Origin: Acidimicrobiaceae bacterium
GTDB taxonomy: Bacteria > Actinomycetota > Acidimicrobiia > Acidimicrobiales > Bog-793
Reading direction: 5' to 3'
Assembly: GCA_027306925.1 (NCBI GenBank)
Contig: DAHUXW010000100.1
Location: 1-53,855, forward strand
Length of the DNA stretch: 53,855 nucleotides
Part shown: positions 28,288 through 36,946 of the stretch, piece after piece
Numbering within the stretch: the stretch's first letter is position 1
Layout of the letters: the number at the start of each line of letters is the position of its first letter
Program-made: the position numbers and the translations under genes
The notes under the pieces: model-generated
What the model was told of the DNA's origin: nothing
Seen by the model: the letters and a program-made list of their open reading frames with translations, nothing else
Databases searched by the model: none

Positions 28288-30675
28288 CTAGCCCACCGCC
28301 GGGCACGCGGGCGTCGCCTGGGTCGCGATGTTCGCGTCGCCGCACACGACGTAGCCGAGGTCCTGCCACGAGGTCACCGCCGACTGCAGCGCGTACGGAG
28401 GCTGCAGGAACTGGAGACGGCTGTCGAAGCTGAACTGCTTGTCGTAGCCCCAGGTCTGGCCGTACCCCGAGATGAGACCGAACGGTCCCCGGTACTGGCT
28501 GATGTCCGCGCCGTTCAGGTAGACGCCGTTGCTCGAGTACGTCCCGTTGCCCTGGTCCCAGTACTCGACGCCGAACGCGCCGTTCAACGAGATCACCGCG
28601 GCGTCGATGATCGGGTTCGAGATGTCGCAGCTCGGCCACACCGCGGCGGGCTGGCCGATCGACGACCCGCTCGTCGGGTCGCCCGAGGTGCCACCGGACA
28701 GGGTCCCCGCGGTCGCGGCCGTCCCGTCGTAGGAGCACGCCGAGAGTCCGTTCGAGGTCGAGCCGAGCATCCCCGCCATCTGCGCGACCGAGTACGGCGA
28801 CTTCACGGGGTGCGACACGAGCACGTTGTCGAAGGCCTCGAGCCCGAGGATGTCCGGCGACGACCCGGTCGTGCACGCCGCGGCCGACGACGGGTCGGTG
28901 GCCGACGCCGGTCCGTTCGTCCCGTCGGCACAGGCGTAGGTGAGGTCGCGGGTGACGATGATGTTCGCGGCGGAGCCGACCGTGAGCTCGCCGCTCAGCT
29001 CGCCCTCGATGTAGGTGTCACCCTCGAGGCAGGTCGCGGACGTCTTCGTGACGGTCGGGAGTATCGGGTTGTTCACCTGCGTCAGGTTCACGTACGGGTT
29101 GATGCAGCCGGAGCCGGTGCTGTTCAGCCCGTCCTGGACCGTCGGGGCGGTGCTCGCGGCACCCGCGTTCTGCACGAAGACGACTCCGTTCGCAGGGAGC
29201 GGGACGCCGATGATGTAGGGGCCCGAGCTTCCGGAGAAGCTCTGGCCGAACGAGGTGAGCGAGGTGCCCGTCGGGCTCGTCCCCGTGCTGCACGCGGCCG
29301 ACGGCGCGTCCGCCCCCGTCGAGAGCGGGCTCCACACGTTCATCGTCGTGCCCGAGCTCGACGTGACGAGCGCGATCATCGTCGGCCCGGTGAACAGGCA
29401 GCCACCCGACGCCGCAGCGGCCGCGAGCTGGGTGTTCCAGCTGGGGAGCACGAGATTGCCGTTCAAGCTCGAGCCGTGCACGAAGTTCGGGGTGTTCGTT
29501 TGACCACAGAATCCCTGGACCGGGTCGACGGTCGTGCCACTCGGCGAGTAGTACGTCGTCCCGCCGGACCTCACCGGCACCGAGCCGAGCCAGTCGTACG
29601 CGTACGCGGTGCTCGACGACACCCCCGACGTGTACGAGATCGGCGCGCCCGAGAACGTCGGCGACGCACAGACGTGGAGCTGGTCGTTCGAGTACACGGG
29701 TCCGGCGAAGTTCTCACCGGTGTTGAAGTCGAACGTCCCGCCACACGCTTCCGCGGGCACCGTCACCGTCGCGCCGTTGCCGTTCGTGAAGCTGAACTGC
29801 TGGGCGCCGTAGAAGGGACCGTAGTACGGGTTGCTCGCCGAGTACGAGTTGTACACGTCGCTGTTCGGGCTGCTCACGGTCTCCGCGCCGACGCTGACGT
29901 TCTGCGTCTGGCCGAGCCAGTCGAGGAAGTCGTTTGCCTGGTAGGTCTTGTAGTCGCACAGCGCGTTCCAGAGCGAGGTCGTCGTGCTCGCGCCGTTCAC
30001 CGGGTACGTCACCTGGTAGGTCGTGATCCCCTGCGAAGCGCTCAGGCCGGTCACGGTCACGCCCGTCTGTTGCACGTCCGGGTAGAGCGGGTCGAGCACC
30101 TCGGTGTTCGAGAAGTACGCGTTCGCGAGGATGGAGCTCGTCGTGAAGCTCGCCCGCGCGGTCACGTAGACGTAGCTCCCGGGTGAGCCGCCACGACCGG
30201 TCACGGAGAGCACGACGCGCCCCGCGTTCGTGCCCGACGTCGCGAACAGTGTCGAGTCGTCGGGCACGTAGTGGAAGGCCTCACCCGGGCTCGTGCCGCC
30301 GAGGTCGCACGCGGACGAGCACCACCCGCCCGTCTGCATCGCGGGGTCCGCGGGCGTCGACGGGTTCGACGCGCTGTAGAGGTAGTAGTTCGGGTCCGCG
30401 TCGAGGTGGTTCCGATACCACTCGATGCCCGACTCTGCCGCGGCGAGCGCGGCGTGCTTGTTCGTCGAGAGCACGACGAGCGGCGCGTCGCTCGTGATCT
30501 GCGACGCCATGAGCGGGCCGAGCACCGAGAGCAGGACCACGAGGATCACGATGATCACGATGATCTGGCCCGAGTCGTCCCGGCTGTGGCGGGCCGCGTC
30601 GACCCGCACGCCGAGGGCGCGCGCGACGCGCCGGCGCGCGCCCGGACGGCTCCTTGGAAGCCGCGCGGCGGTCAT
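28288..30675 (-). CDS. Large PilX-like minor pilin / tip protein (795 aa)
   Basis: DDSG|QIIVIIVILVVL lacking E5, ALAAAESGIE PilX N-terminal motif, C-terminal GYDKQFSFDSRL..LQPPY, 16 Cys. Confidence 0.8.
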   Translation of the reverse strand: MTAARLPRSRPGARRRVARALGVRVDAARHSRDDSGQIIVIIVILVVLLSVLGPLMASQITSDAPLVVLSTNKHAALAAAESGIEWYRNHLDADPNYYLYSASNPSTPADPAMQTGGWCSSACDLGGTSPGEAFHYVPDDSTLFATSGTNAGRVVLSVTGRGGSPGSYVYVTARASFTTSSILANAYFSNTEVLDPLYPDVQQTGVTVTGLSASQGITTYQVTYPVNGASTTTSLWNALCDYKTYQANDFLDWLGQTQNVSVGAETVSSPNSDVYNSYSASNPYYGPFYGAQQFSFTNGNGATVTVPAEACGGTFDFNTGENFAGPVYSNDQLHVCASPTFSGAPISYTSGVSSSTAYAYDWLGSVPVRSGGTTYYSPSGTTVDPVQGFCGQTNTPNFVHGSSLNGNLVLPSWNTQLAAAAASGGCLFTGPTMIALVTSSSGTTMNVWSPLSTGADAPSAACSTGTSPTGTSLTSFGQSFSGSSGPYIIGVPLPANGVVFVQNAGAASTAPTVQDGLNSTGSGCINPYVNLTQVNNPILPTVTKTSATCLEGDTYIEGELSGELTVGSAANIIVTRDLTYACADGTNGPASATDPSSAAACTTGSSPDILGLEAFDNVLVSHPVKSPYSVAQMAGMLGSTSNGLSACSYDGTAATAGTLSGGTSGDPTSGSSIGQPAAVWPSCDISNPIIDAAVISLNGAFGVEYWDQGNGTYSSNGVYLNGADISQYRGPFGLISGYGQTWGYDKQFSFDSRLQFLQPPYALQSAVTSWQDLGYVVCGDANIATQATPACPAVG

Positions 30676-31733
30676 GACGCGTGCACCGGAGTTCCCGCCG
30701 AGGTCGACGCGGTGTAGCTCGTCGCGGCCGGCGGGCTCGCGACGCCCGAGTACGTCGCGGTGACCGTGTACGTCGCCGTCGACGAGGCGTAGAACGAGCA
30801 CGACGCCTGCCCGGTCGTCGAGAGCGACGTGGCGCTCGAGCAGGTGTTCGAGATCGTCGAGCTCCCCTGGGTCACGACCGCGGTCACCGAGCCGCCGTCG
30901 GGGACGGGTGAGACCGTGACGGTGAACGAGACCGTCGTGCCGTGCACCGGCGAGGTGTTCGGGAAGCTCACGACCGTGGCGGTCGTCGGCGCGGGGGCGT
31001 TCGCGTTCTGGAGGTACACGGTCGTCTGGAACGTGGTCGGCTGGATCGCCTGGAATCCCACGAGCGGCTTCTGGGGGCCTGCGAGGAAGGTGACGTCGAC
31101 GCCGACGGCGACCACGTTGCCGAGGACCGCGCACGGGTCGTAGGTGCCGACGAGCTCCTGTCCGGTCGCGTCGGGCGGATTGGTCGTCGTCGTCGGGGTG
31201 GAGGAGCCGCACGACGGCTCGGTCGCGCCCGCGCTCGCGTAGTAGTAGTACGTGAACGGGTCGGCGGTGTTCACGACGTAGTAGGTCCCGACCGGGTGCG
31301 GCGTGCCGCCCTGCGGCATGATCGAGACGACGAACGACGCGTCGGCGTTCGACCCGCTCGGCGGGACGAGCTGGGCCTCGAGCGTCGCGATGTCCTGCGT
31401 GGCGGTCGTCGTGTTGTACCCGGCCTCGACCGACGCGATGAGCGTCGTCGGCGTCGAGCCCGGGAGCACGGTGACCGCGCCGTGCAGGTACTCGAGCAGC
31501 GCGTTGCCGGCCGTCTGGTCCTGCTTCAGGCCGAGCATCGTGTCGTGGAGGTCGACGCTCTGCTGGCTCAGGTTGCCGATGAGGCCGTAGATGACCGGCA
31601 CGATGATCGCGAGGACCGCCATCGCGACGAGCATCTCGATGAACGTGAAGCCCGCGTCCCCCCGGGCCGCGGCCCGGGTGAGGGTGCGGGCGCCCGCGGA
31701 CAGCCGCGCCGGAGGTGACCGACGCCGGCTCAT
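30672..31733 (-). CDS. Minor pilin (PilW-like) with a C-terminal Ig-like domain
   Basis: DAG|FTFIEMLVAM; the C-terminal TVSFTVTVSP...YTVTATYSG resembles a bacterial Ig-like repeat. Confidence 0.82.
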   Translation of the reverse strand: MSRRRSPPARLSAGARTLTRAAARGDAGFTFIEMLVAMAVLAIIVPVIYGLIGNLSQQSVDLHDTMLGLKQDQTAGNALLEYLHGAVTVLPGSTPTTLIASVEAGYNTTTATQDIATLEAQLVPPSGSNADASFVVSIMPQGGTPHPVGTYYVVNTADPFTYYYYASAGATEPSCGSSTPTTTTNPPDATGQELVGTYDPCAVLGNVVAVGVDVTFLAGPQKPLVGFQAIQPTTFQTTVYLQNANAPAPTTATVVSFPNTSPVHGTTVSFTVTVSPVPDGGSVTAVVTQGSSTISNTCSSATSLSTTGQASCSFYASSTATYTVTATYSGVASPPAATSYTASTSAGTPVHAS

Positions 31734-33331
31734 CCGACGGTTACCGATAGCTGCGAGGTCGCCGGCGACGAGCACACGGAGGAGCCGGGCGAGAGCGGCG
31801 AGGTCGAGGCGCACACGCCCGTCGGCGTCACCCACATGTACGCCTGGCCACCCGAGTAGGTCACGGACGGGTTCGACCCGGTCACGGTCGCGCCGAGCTG
31901 GAACTCCCCGAGCGGCAGGCTGGTGAGGCTCACACCCGTCCCGCCGGAGTAGTTGAGGGTGATCGTGTGCCCGCCCGAGTCCTTCGCGAAGAGCCCGGTC
32001 ACCGAGCCCGCGTCGCTCCTCACCGTGAGCTTCAACGAGAGCGGATACACCGGGAGCGTCACCGATCCCGCCGCCGCCGCCGAGGCCGTGAGGCGGGTCG
32101 TCACCCCGCTCGTGCCGTAGTAGGTGGCCGTCGGGTCGGCGTCGGTCGTCCCACCCGCGTACGCCGTGTAGTTCGCCGCGGCCGAGGGGAACGGGAAGAG
32201 GAGCGCGGTCTGCGCCGAGTCCGCGCCGGTCGCGAACGCGCTCGTCGCGTTTCCGAGCACGCAGAGGCCCGCGCTCCCGCACGCCCCCGGGCTCACGAAG
32301 GTCACCGGGAGAAACGGCGCCGGAGCCGCGGTCTTGTCCACGGTGTCGGAGAAGTTCACCGTGATCGCCGCTCCCTGGTCGAGCACGATCGCGCCGGTCG
32401 GCTGCGCCACGCTGTCGGCGGTGATCGCCATAGGCGCGAGCGTCGGCACCCCGCCCGCCGTCACCGCGTCCGAGAGCTCGTTCGGGTCGACCCAGCCCGT
32501 GTTGCCCGAGACCGTCACGGTGTACAGCCATCCGGTCGCCGCCCACAGGTTCGGGAAGACCGCGCACCCGGTCGAGCCCGTGTTCTCGGTCTCGGTGGTC
32601 ACCGGCAGCGGGGTCCCCGACGGCTGGGCGCACGAGGCGAGCGAGCACCGTCCCGTCACGGTCACCGAGATGGGTGTCGCGGTCTCGAGCGTCGTCGGGA
32701 GCGACGCCGGGGAGCCGGGCGACGTGGTCGTGGTCGTCGTCGCCATGCTCGAGGCGGTCGTCGTGTACACGGGGACCGCGATCTCCCCGGCACTCACGTT
32801 CGCGAGGTCGGCCTGGGCGGGCGAGATGAGCGCGCGCTCGATCACCGAGTTGCCGGCGCTCGCGGATGCGCCCCAGCTCACCGTCGCGGACGCACGCCAC
32901 ACCTCCGTCGAGGTCGCCCCGGGCGGCGCGGTGCACAGCGTCCCGACGCCCGACTGCGGCAGGACGGCGAGGTCGAGCGAGACCGTGAACTGGTCGCTTC
33001 CCGACATCGCCGTCGTGGTGGTCACACCGGTTGTGAGCGGCGAGCCAGCCGCGGCCTGGTACTGCGCGGTCTCGAGCGCCTGGGTCGCGAGGTCCACGGC
33101 CTCCGCTCGACGGTGAAGCGTGTTCGCGGAGCTGTGCGTCGTGATGAGGACCACGGTGAGGGGGAGCACGACGAGCGCGAGGACGAGCAGCGCGACGAGC
33201 ACCTCGACGAGCGAGAAGCCCTCGTCGCAGTGCGCGCCTCGGCGCTCGCGCACCGCGCGCCCGGCGCGCCGCGAGCCGGCGGCGCAGGCGACTCGCCGGG
33301 CTCGTTCCTTCGGGTGACGCGCGCACCTCAT
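31730..33331 (-). CDS. Large minor pilin (PilV-like, 533 aa)
   Basis: DEG|FSLVEVLVALLVL and ATVSW, followed by Thr-rich beta domains. Confidence 0.82.
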   Translation of the reverse strand: MRCARHPKERARRVACAAGSRRAGRAVRERRGAHCDEGFSLVEVLVALLVLALVVLPLTVVLITTHSSANTLHRRAEAVDLATQALETAQYQAAAGSPLTTGVTTTTAMSGSDQFTVSLDLAVLPQSGVGTLCTAPPGATSTEVWRASATVSWGASASAGNSVIERALISPAQADLANVSAGEIAVPVYTTTASSMATTTTTTSPGSPASLPTTLETATPISVTVTGRCSLASCAQPSGTPLPVTTETENTGSTGCAVFPNLWAATGWLYTVTVSGNTGWVDPNELSDAVTAGGVPTLAPMAITADSVAQPTGAIVLDQGAAITVNFSDTVDKTAAPAPFLPVTFVSPGACGSAGLCVLGNATSAFATGADSAQTALLFPFPSAAANYTAYAGGTTDADPTATYYGTSGVTTRLTASAAAAGSVTLPVYPLSLKLTVRSDAGSVTGLFAKDSGGHTITLNYSGGTGVSLTSLPLGEFQLGATVTGSNPSVTYSGGQAYMWVTPTGVCASTSPLSPGSSVCSSPATSQLSVTVG

Positions 33332-33348
33332 CGGCGTCGTCTGCGCCC

Positions 33349-33939
33349 TCAGGACGGACCCGTCGGGGTCTTCGGCACCGACGTCGTGTACGCCGTCGCG
33401 TTGATCGACGCGGTGTAGTTCGCGAAGCTCGAAGCGTTCAGGTTCCCGTTCCCCGACAGCGAGACCGACTGGATCGTGAGGAGGCGGGTCATCTTGTACA
33501 GGTCGGAGATGAAGGCGAGGAGCTGGTCGTGCGGGCCCGACACGGCGAGCGCGACCGGGATCGTCGAGTAGCCGAGACCGCTCGGCTGCACGGAGTCGTC
33601 GGTCACGCTCTGCAGGCTCACGCCGTCGAGCACCGAGAGCCGGTACACCTGCACGACGAGGTCGGGAGCGTCGGGCGTCGACGGGACCGCCGTCGCGAAG
33701 TGCTTCAGGAACGGGGCGGCGGCCTGGACCTGCTTCGCCTCGGCGCGCAGCTGAACGAGGCGGAGGTTGAGCCGCGTCTCGGTCTGCTGCTCGGTGATCT
33801 GCTGCTGGTGGATGCTCGCGAGCTTCGACCCCTCCGGCGTCATCCATGCAAACCACCACGCGAGCGCGAGCGCGAGCACTCCGAGCACGGAGACGAGGAC
33901 GGCGGGTCGGCGGGCGAGGCTACGGCTCGGGGCGCTCAT
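33349..33939 (-). CDS. pilO: Type IV pilus alignment protein PilO
   Basis: Single TM, coiled coil, AVPSTPDAPDL, VSGPHDQLLAFI..MTRLLTI; lies directly after pilMN. Confidence 0.85.
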   Translation of the reverse strand: MSAPSRSLARRPAVLVSVLGVLALALAWWFAWMTPEGSKLASIHQQQITEQQTETRLNLRLVQLRAEAKQVQAAAPFLKHFATAVPSTPDAPDLVVQVYRLSVLDGVSLQSVTDDSVQPSGLGYSTIPVALAVSGPHDQLLAFISDLYKMTRLLTIQSVSLSGNGNLNASSFANYTASINATAYTTSVPKTPTGPS

Positions 33940-35645
33940 CGCTTCGGCACCTCGAACTCGGCGAGGCGATCGGTGTGGATCGCCCCGGTGACCGCGAGCT
34001 GCGCCGTGAAGCCCACGCCGTGCCCGCTGCTCGACACCCCGGAGTACTGCACGATCTCGAACCTCGCCGATGCCACCATCGCGTCGAACCACTCCTTGAA
34101 CGAGGGATACTGCGGCCCGGAGAACGACAGGCTCACGGTGCCGACGGTGTCGGTGGGTGACGGGAGCGCCGAGGACGGGGCGGCCACGTGACCGGTCGAC
34201 GCGCTCGTCGCCGCCGTCGGCGCGACCGCCGTCGACCCGGAGAACCCGCTCGCGCTCACCGACGCGGGGGTGTACTTCGCGAGCGCCGCGAAAACCGCCG
34301 GCCAGTTCACCTCGTGGCTCACGATCGGCATGCCGATGTGCGAGTCGGCGAAGATCGCGTTGTCCTGCTGCTGGACTCGGTCGTACGCGGGGAGCTGCTT
34401 CTGGAGGTGCGCGATCTCGCCTTCGATGTTGCCGACGCCGTGCTCGGCGTTGCGCACCTGGAGGAAGCGCAGGGCACCTCCGGCCGCGAGCGCGACCACG
34501 GCGACGACCGCCGCGCTCTGGATCGTGCGGGTCGTGCGTGCGCGGCGACGCTCGACGAGGACCTCGGGCGGGAGCAGGTCGAGCGCCTTGCGACCGGCGG
34601 ACTCCGTCATCGCGGCGCCCGCGGCGACCGCGCCGACCGTGTCGGCGTGGATCCGGTCGAAGCTCAGCCGGCCCGTGTCGACGTGCTCGAGCCAGCTCGC
34701 AGTCGTCACGGGGACTCTGACCTGGTACTCGAGGCGCTCGACGAGCCCGGCGAGGCGCGAGCCGCCGCCGGTCACGACGACGCGCGAGACCTCCGGCAGG
34801 CCGGGGAGCGTCGCGAAGTAGTCGATCGAGCTCCGGATCTCGCCGAGCAGCGGCGCCGATCCGTCGCGCGCCGCCGCGACCGCCTCGGCCGGGAGGCGCC
34901 CCGCGTCGGTGGGCGACCAGCCGAGCCGGATCTTGATCTGCTCGGCGTCCGCAGCGGGGATGTCGAGCGCCGCGGAGATCGCTCGCGTGACGGCGTTGCC
35001 GCCGCCGGCGATCGTCCGTACGAAGTGCGGCTCGCCGAGCTCGTGGATCACGATGGTCGTGAGCTCGGCGCCGATGGAGACGATCGCCTCGACACCCGGC
35101 TCCTCGCCCGCGAGCGAGCGAACGAGCGCGGAGGACGCGAGGTCGACGCCCTTCACGACGAGCCCGGACTCCGCGAGCACGCCGACCAGCGGCTCGACGA
35201 GCGCCCGGTGCGCCGCCGCGAGGTGCACGCGGACGAGCTCGGTGCCGTCCGGCGCGGTGACGGTCCCGAGCGTCCGCGCCGACAGCAGCGTCTCCTCCTC
35301 GGGGAAGGGGATGATGTCCAGCGCCTGCAGCCGGACCGCCGCGTCGAGGTCTGCGTCGGGAACGCGCGGCATGACGATCTCGCGGCTGATCGCACGGAGC
35401 CCGGCGACCGCGAGCCAGACTTCGGGCGGTGCGCCGAACCTACTGCGCTCGAGATGTGCGTTCTTCAGGCAGGCGGTGACCGTGCGCTTCACGGCCGACC
35501 GGTCGGCGACCACGCCGTCGGAAACCGCGCCCTTCGGGAGCGCGGCCTCGCCGAAGGCGTGGACCTTCGCGCGCGAGCCGCCGCTCTCGATCTCGACAAT
35601 ACGCACGGAGGTGGCAGCCACCTCGATGCCGATTCGCCGCGTCAC
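33936..35645 (-). CDS. pilMN: PilM-PilN fusion protein
   Basis: Actin-like PilM part (IGIEVAATSVR, IVSIGAELT, VVTGGGSRL) continues in frame into PilN (LDLLPPE, TM, coiled coil). Confidence 0.85.
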   Translation of the reverse strand: MTRRIGIEVAATSVRIVEIESGGSRAKVHAFGEAALPKGAVSDGVVADRSAVKRTVTACLKNAHLERSRFGAPPEVWLAVAGLRAISREIVMPRVPDADLDAAVRLQALDIIPFPEEETLLSARTLGTVTAPDGTELVRVHLAAAHRALVEPLVGVLAESGLVVKGVDLASSALVRSLAGEEPGVEAIVSIGAELTTIVIHELGEPHFVRTIAGGGNAVTRAISAALDIPAADAEQIKIRLGWSPTDAGRLPAEAVAAARDGSAPLLGEIRSSIDYFATLPGLPEVSRVVVTGGGSRLAGLVERLEYQVRVPVTTASWLEHVDTGRLSFDRIHADTVGAVAAGAAMTESAGRKALDLLPPEVLVERRRARTTRTIQSAAVVAVVALAAGGALRFLQVRNAEHGVGNIEGEIAHLQKQLPAYDRVQQQDNAIFADSHIGMPIVSHEVNWPAVFAALAKYTPASVSASGFSGSTAVAPTAATSASTGHVAAPSSALPSPTDTVGTVSLSFSGPQYPSFKEWFDAMVASARFEIVQYSGVSSSGHGVGFTAQLAVTGAIHTDRLAEFEVPKR

Positions 35646-35698
35646 GTCGACCGCCCTCCTTGGTGCCCATCGTCAGCCATCACTGGGCCCCTCTCTCC

Positions 35699-36946
35699 TT
35701 ACGACGGCTGGAGGAGCTTTACGTAGTCGAACATCGGCAGGTACAAGCTGACGACGATCGCTCCGATGCAGATGCCCATGAACACGATGAGCGCGGGCTC
35801 GAGGAGCGAGGTCAGGCTGCCCACGGTCGCGTCGATCTCGTTGTCGTAGAACTGCGCCACCTTGTCGAGCATGTCGCTCACCGCACCCGACTCCTCGCCG
35901 GTCTCGACCATCTGCAGCACCATCGGCGGGATGATCGGGTGGTCCGCGAGCGTCGAGGCGAGCGACCGGCCGTCGCGCACCCCCGCGATCGCTCCCCGTG
36001 CCGCGTTGCTCACGATGCGGTTGCTCACGTTGTCCGCAGCCATTTCGAGCGACTCGATGATCCCGACCCCGGACGCGAGCAGCGTCCCGAGCGTCGAGAG
36101 CATCCGCGACAGACCGACCTTCAACATCAGCGGACCGAACACGGGCGCGCGCAGCCGGAGGCGGTCCCACGTGAGCCGCCCGCGCTCGGTCGACACCCAC
36201 CAGCGGAGGGCGAACACTGCTCCGACGACGACCGCGACGACCGCGAGCGCCCAGATGCTCGCGACGATGTTCGACGCGCCGATCACGATTCGAGTCGGCA
36301 ACGGAAGCGTCCCGTGCAGGCTGCCGTACAGGTGCTTGAACGTCGGGACGACGAAGATCATCATCGCCGTGATCACGAGGACGACGACGAAGACGACGAC
36401 GACGGGGTAGGTGAACGCGGACCGCACCTTCGAGCGGAGCTCGACCCGCTTCTCGATCGTGGTGGCGAGCTTCAGCAGAACGACGTCGAGCTGACCTCCG
36501 GCCTCCCCCGCACGGACCATCGACACGTAGAGGCGGTCGAAGATCTTCGGGTGCTTCGCGAGCGCGGCGGAGAACGACGTCCCGTGCTCGACCTCGCTGC
36601 GCACCGCGACGAGCGCGGCGCGAAGCGGCTTCGACTCGACCTGCGCCGAGAGGACGGCGATCGCACGCACGAGCGTGAGGCCCGACGCGACCATGGTCGC
36701 GAGCTGGCGGCTCATGACCGAGATCTCCTTCAGGTTCACGCGGTCGCTCAGGCCGGGGATGCGGATTTCGCGGTGGAGGTTGAGCGCGGAGGTCGCCTTG
36801 ATCTCGATCGGCAGGTAGCCCATCTCGCGCAGCCGCGACGCGACGAGCGACTTGTTGTCCGCGTCGATCCTGCCCTTGACGACCTTCCCCGCGTTGTCGC
36901 GTACCCGGTACTCGTACGTCGTGACCGTCATCGTGGCCTCACTCAA
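35699..36946 (-). CDS. pilC: Type IV pilus platform protein PilC
   Basis: SRQLATMVASG, MVRAGEAGGQL, SAFTYP, GEESG and LLEP..SLYLPMF motifs. Confidence 0.95.
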   Translation of the reverse strand: MSEATMTVTTYEYRVRDNAGKVVKGRIDADNKSLVASRLREMGYLPIEIKATSALNLHREIRIPGLSDRVNLKEISVMSRQLATMVASGLTLVRAIAVLSAQVESKPLRAALVAVRSEVEHGTSFSAALAKHPKIFDRLYVSMVRAGEAGGQLDVVLLKLATTIEKRVELRSKVRSAFTYPVVVVFVVVLVITAMMIFVVPTFKHLYGSLHGTLPLPTRIVIGASNIVASIWALAVVAVVVGAVFALRWWVSTERGRLTWDRLRLRAPVFGPLMLKVGLSRMLSTLGTLLASGVGIIESLEMAADNVSNRIVSNAARGAIAGVRDGRSLASTLADHPIIPPMVLQMVETGEESGAVSDMLDKVAQFYDNEIDATVGSLTSLLEPALIVFMGICIGAIVVSLYLPMFDYVKLLQPS

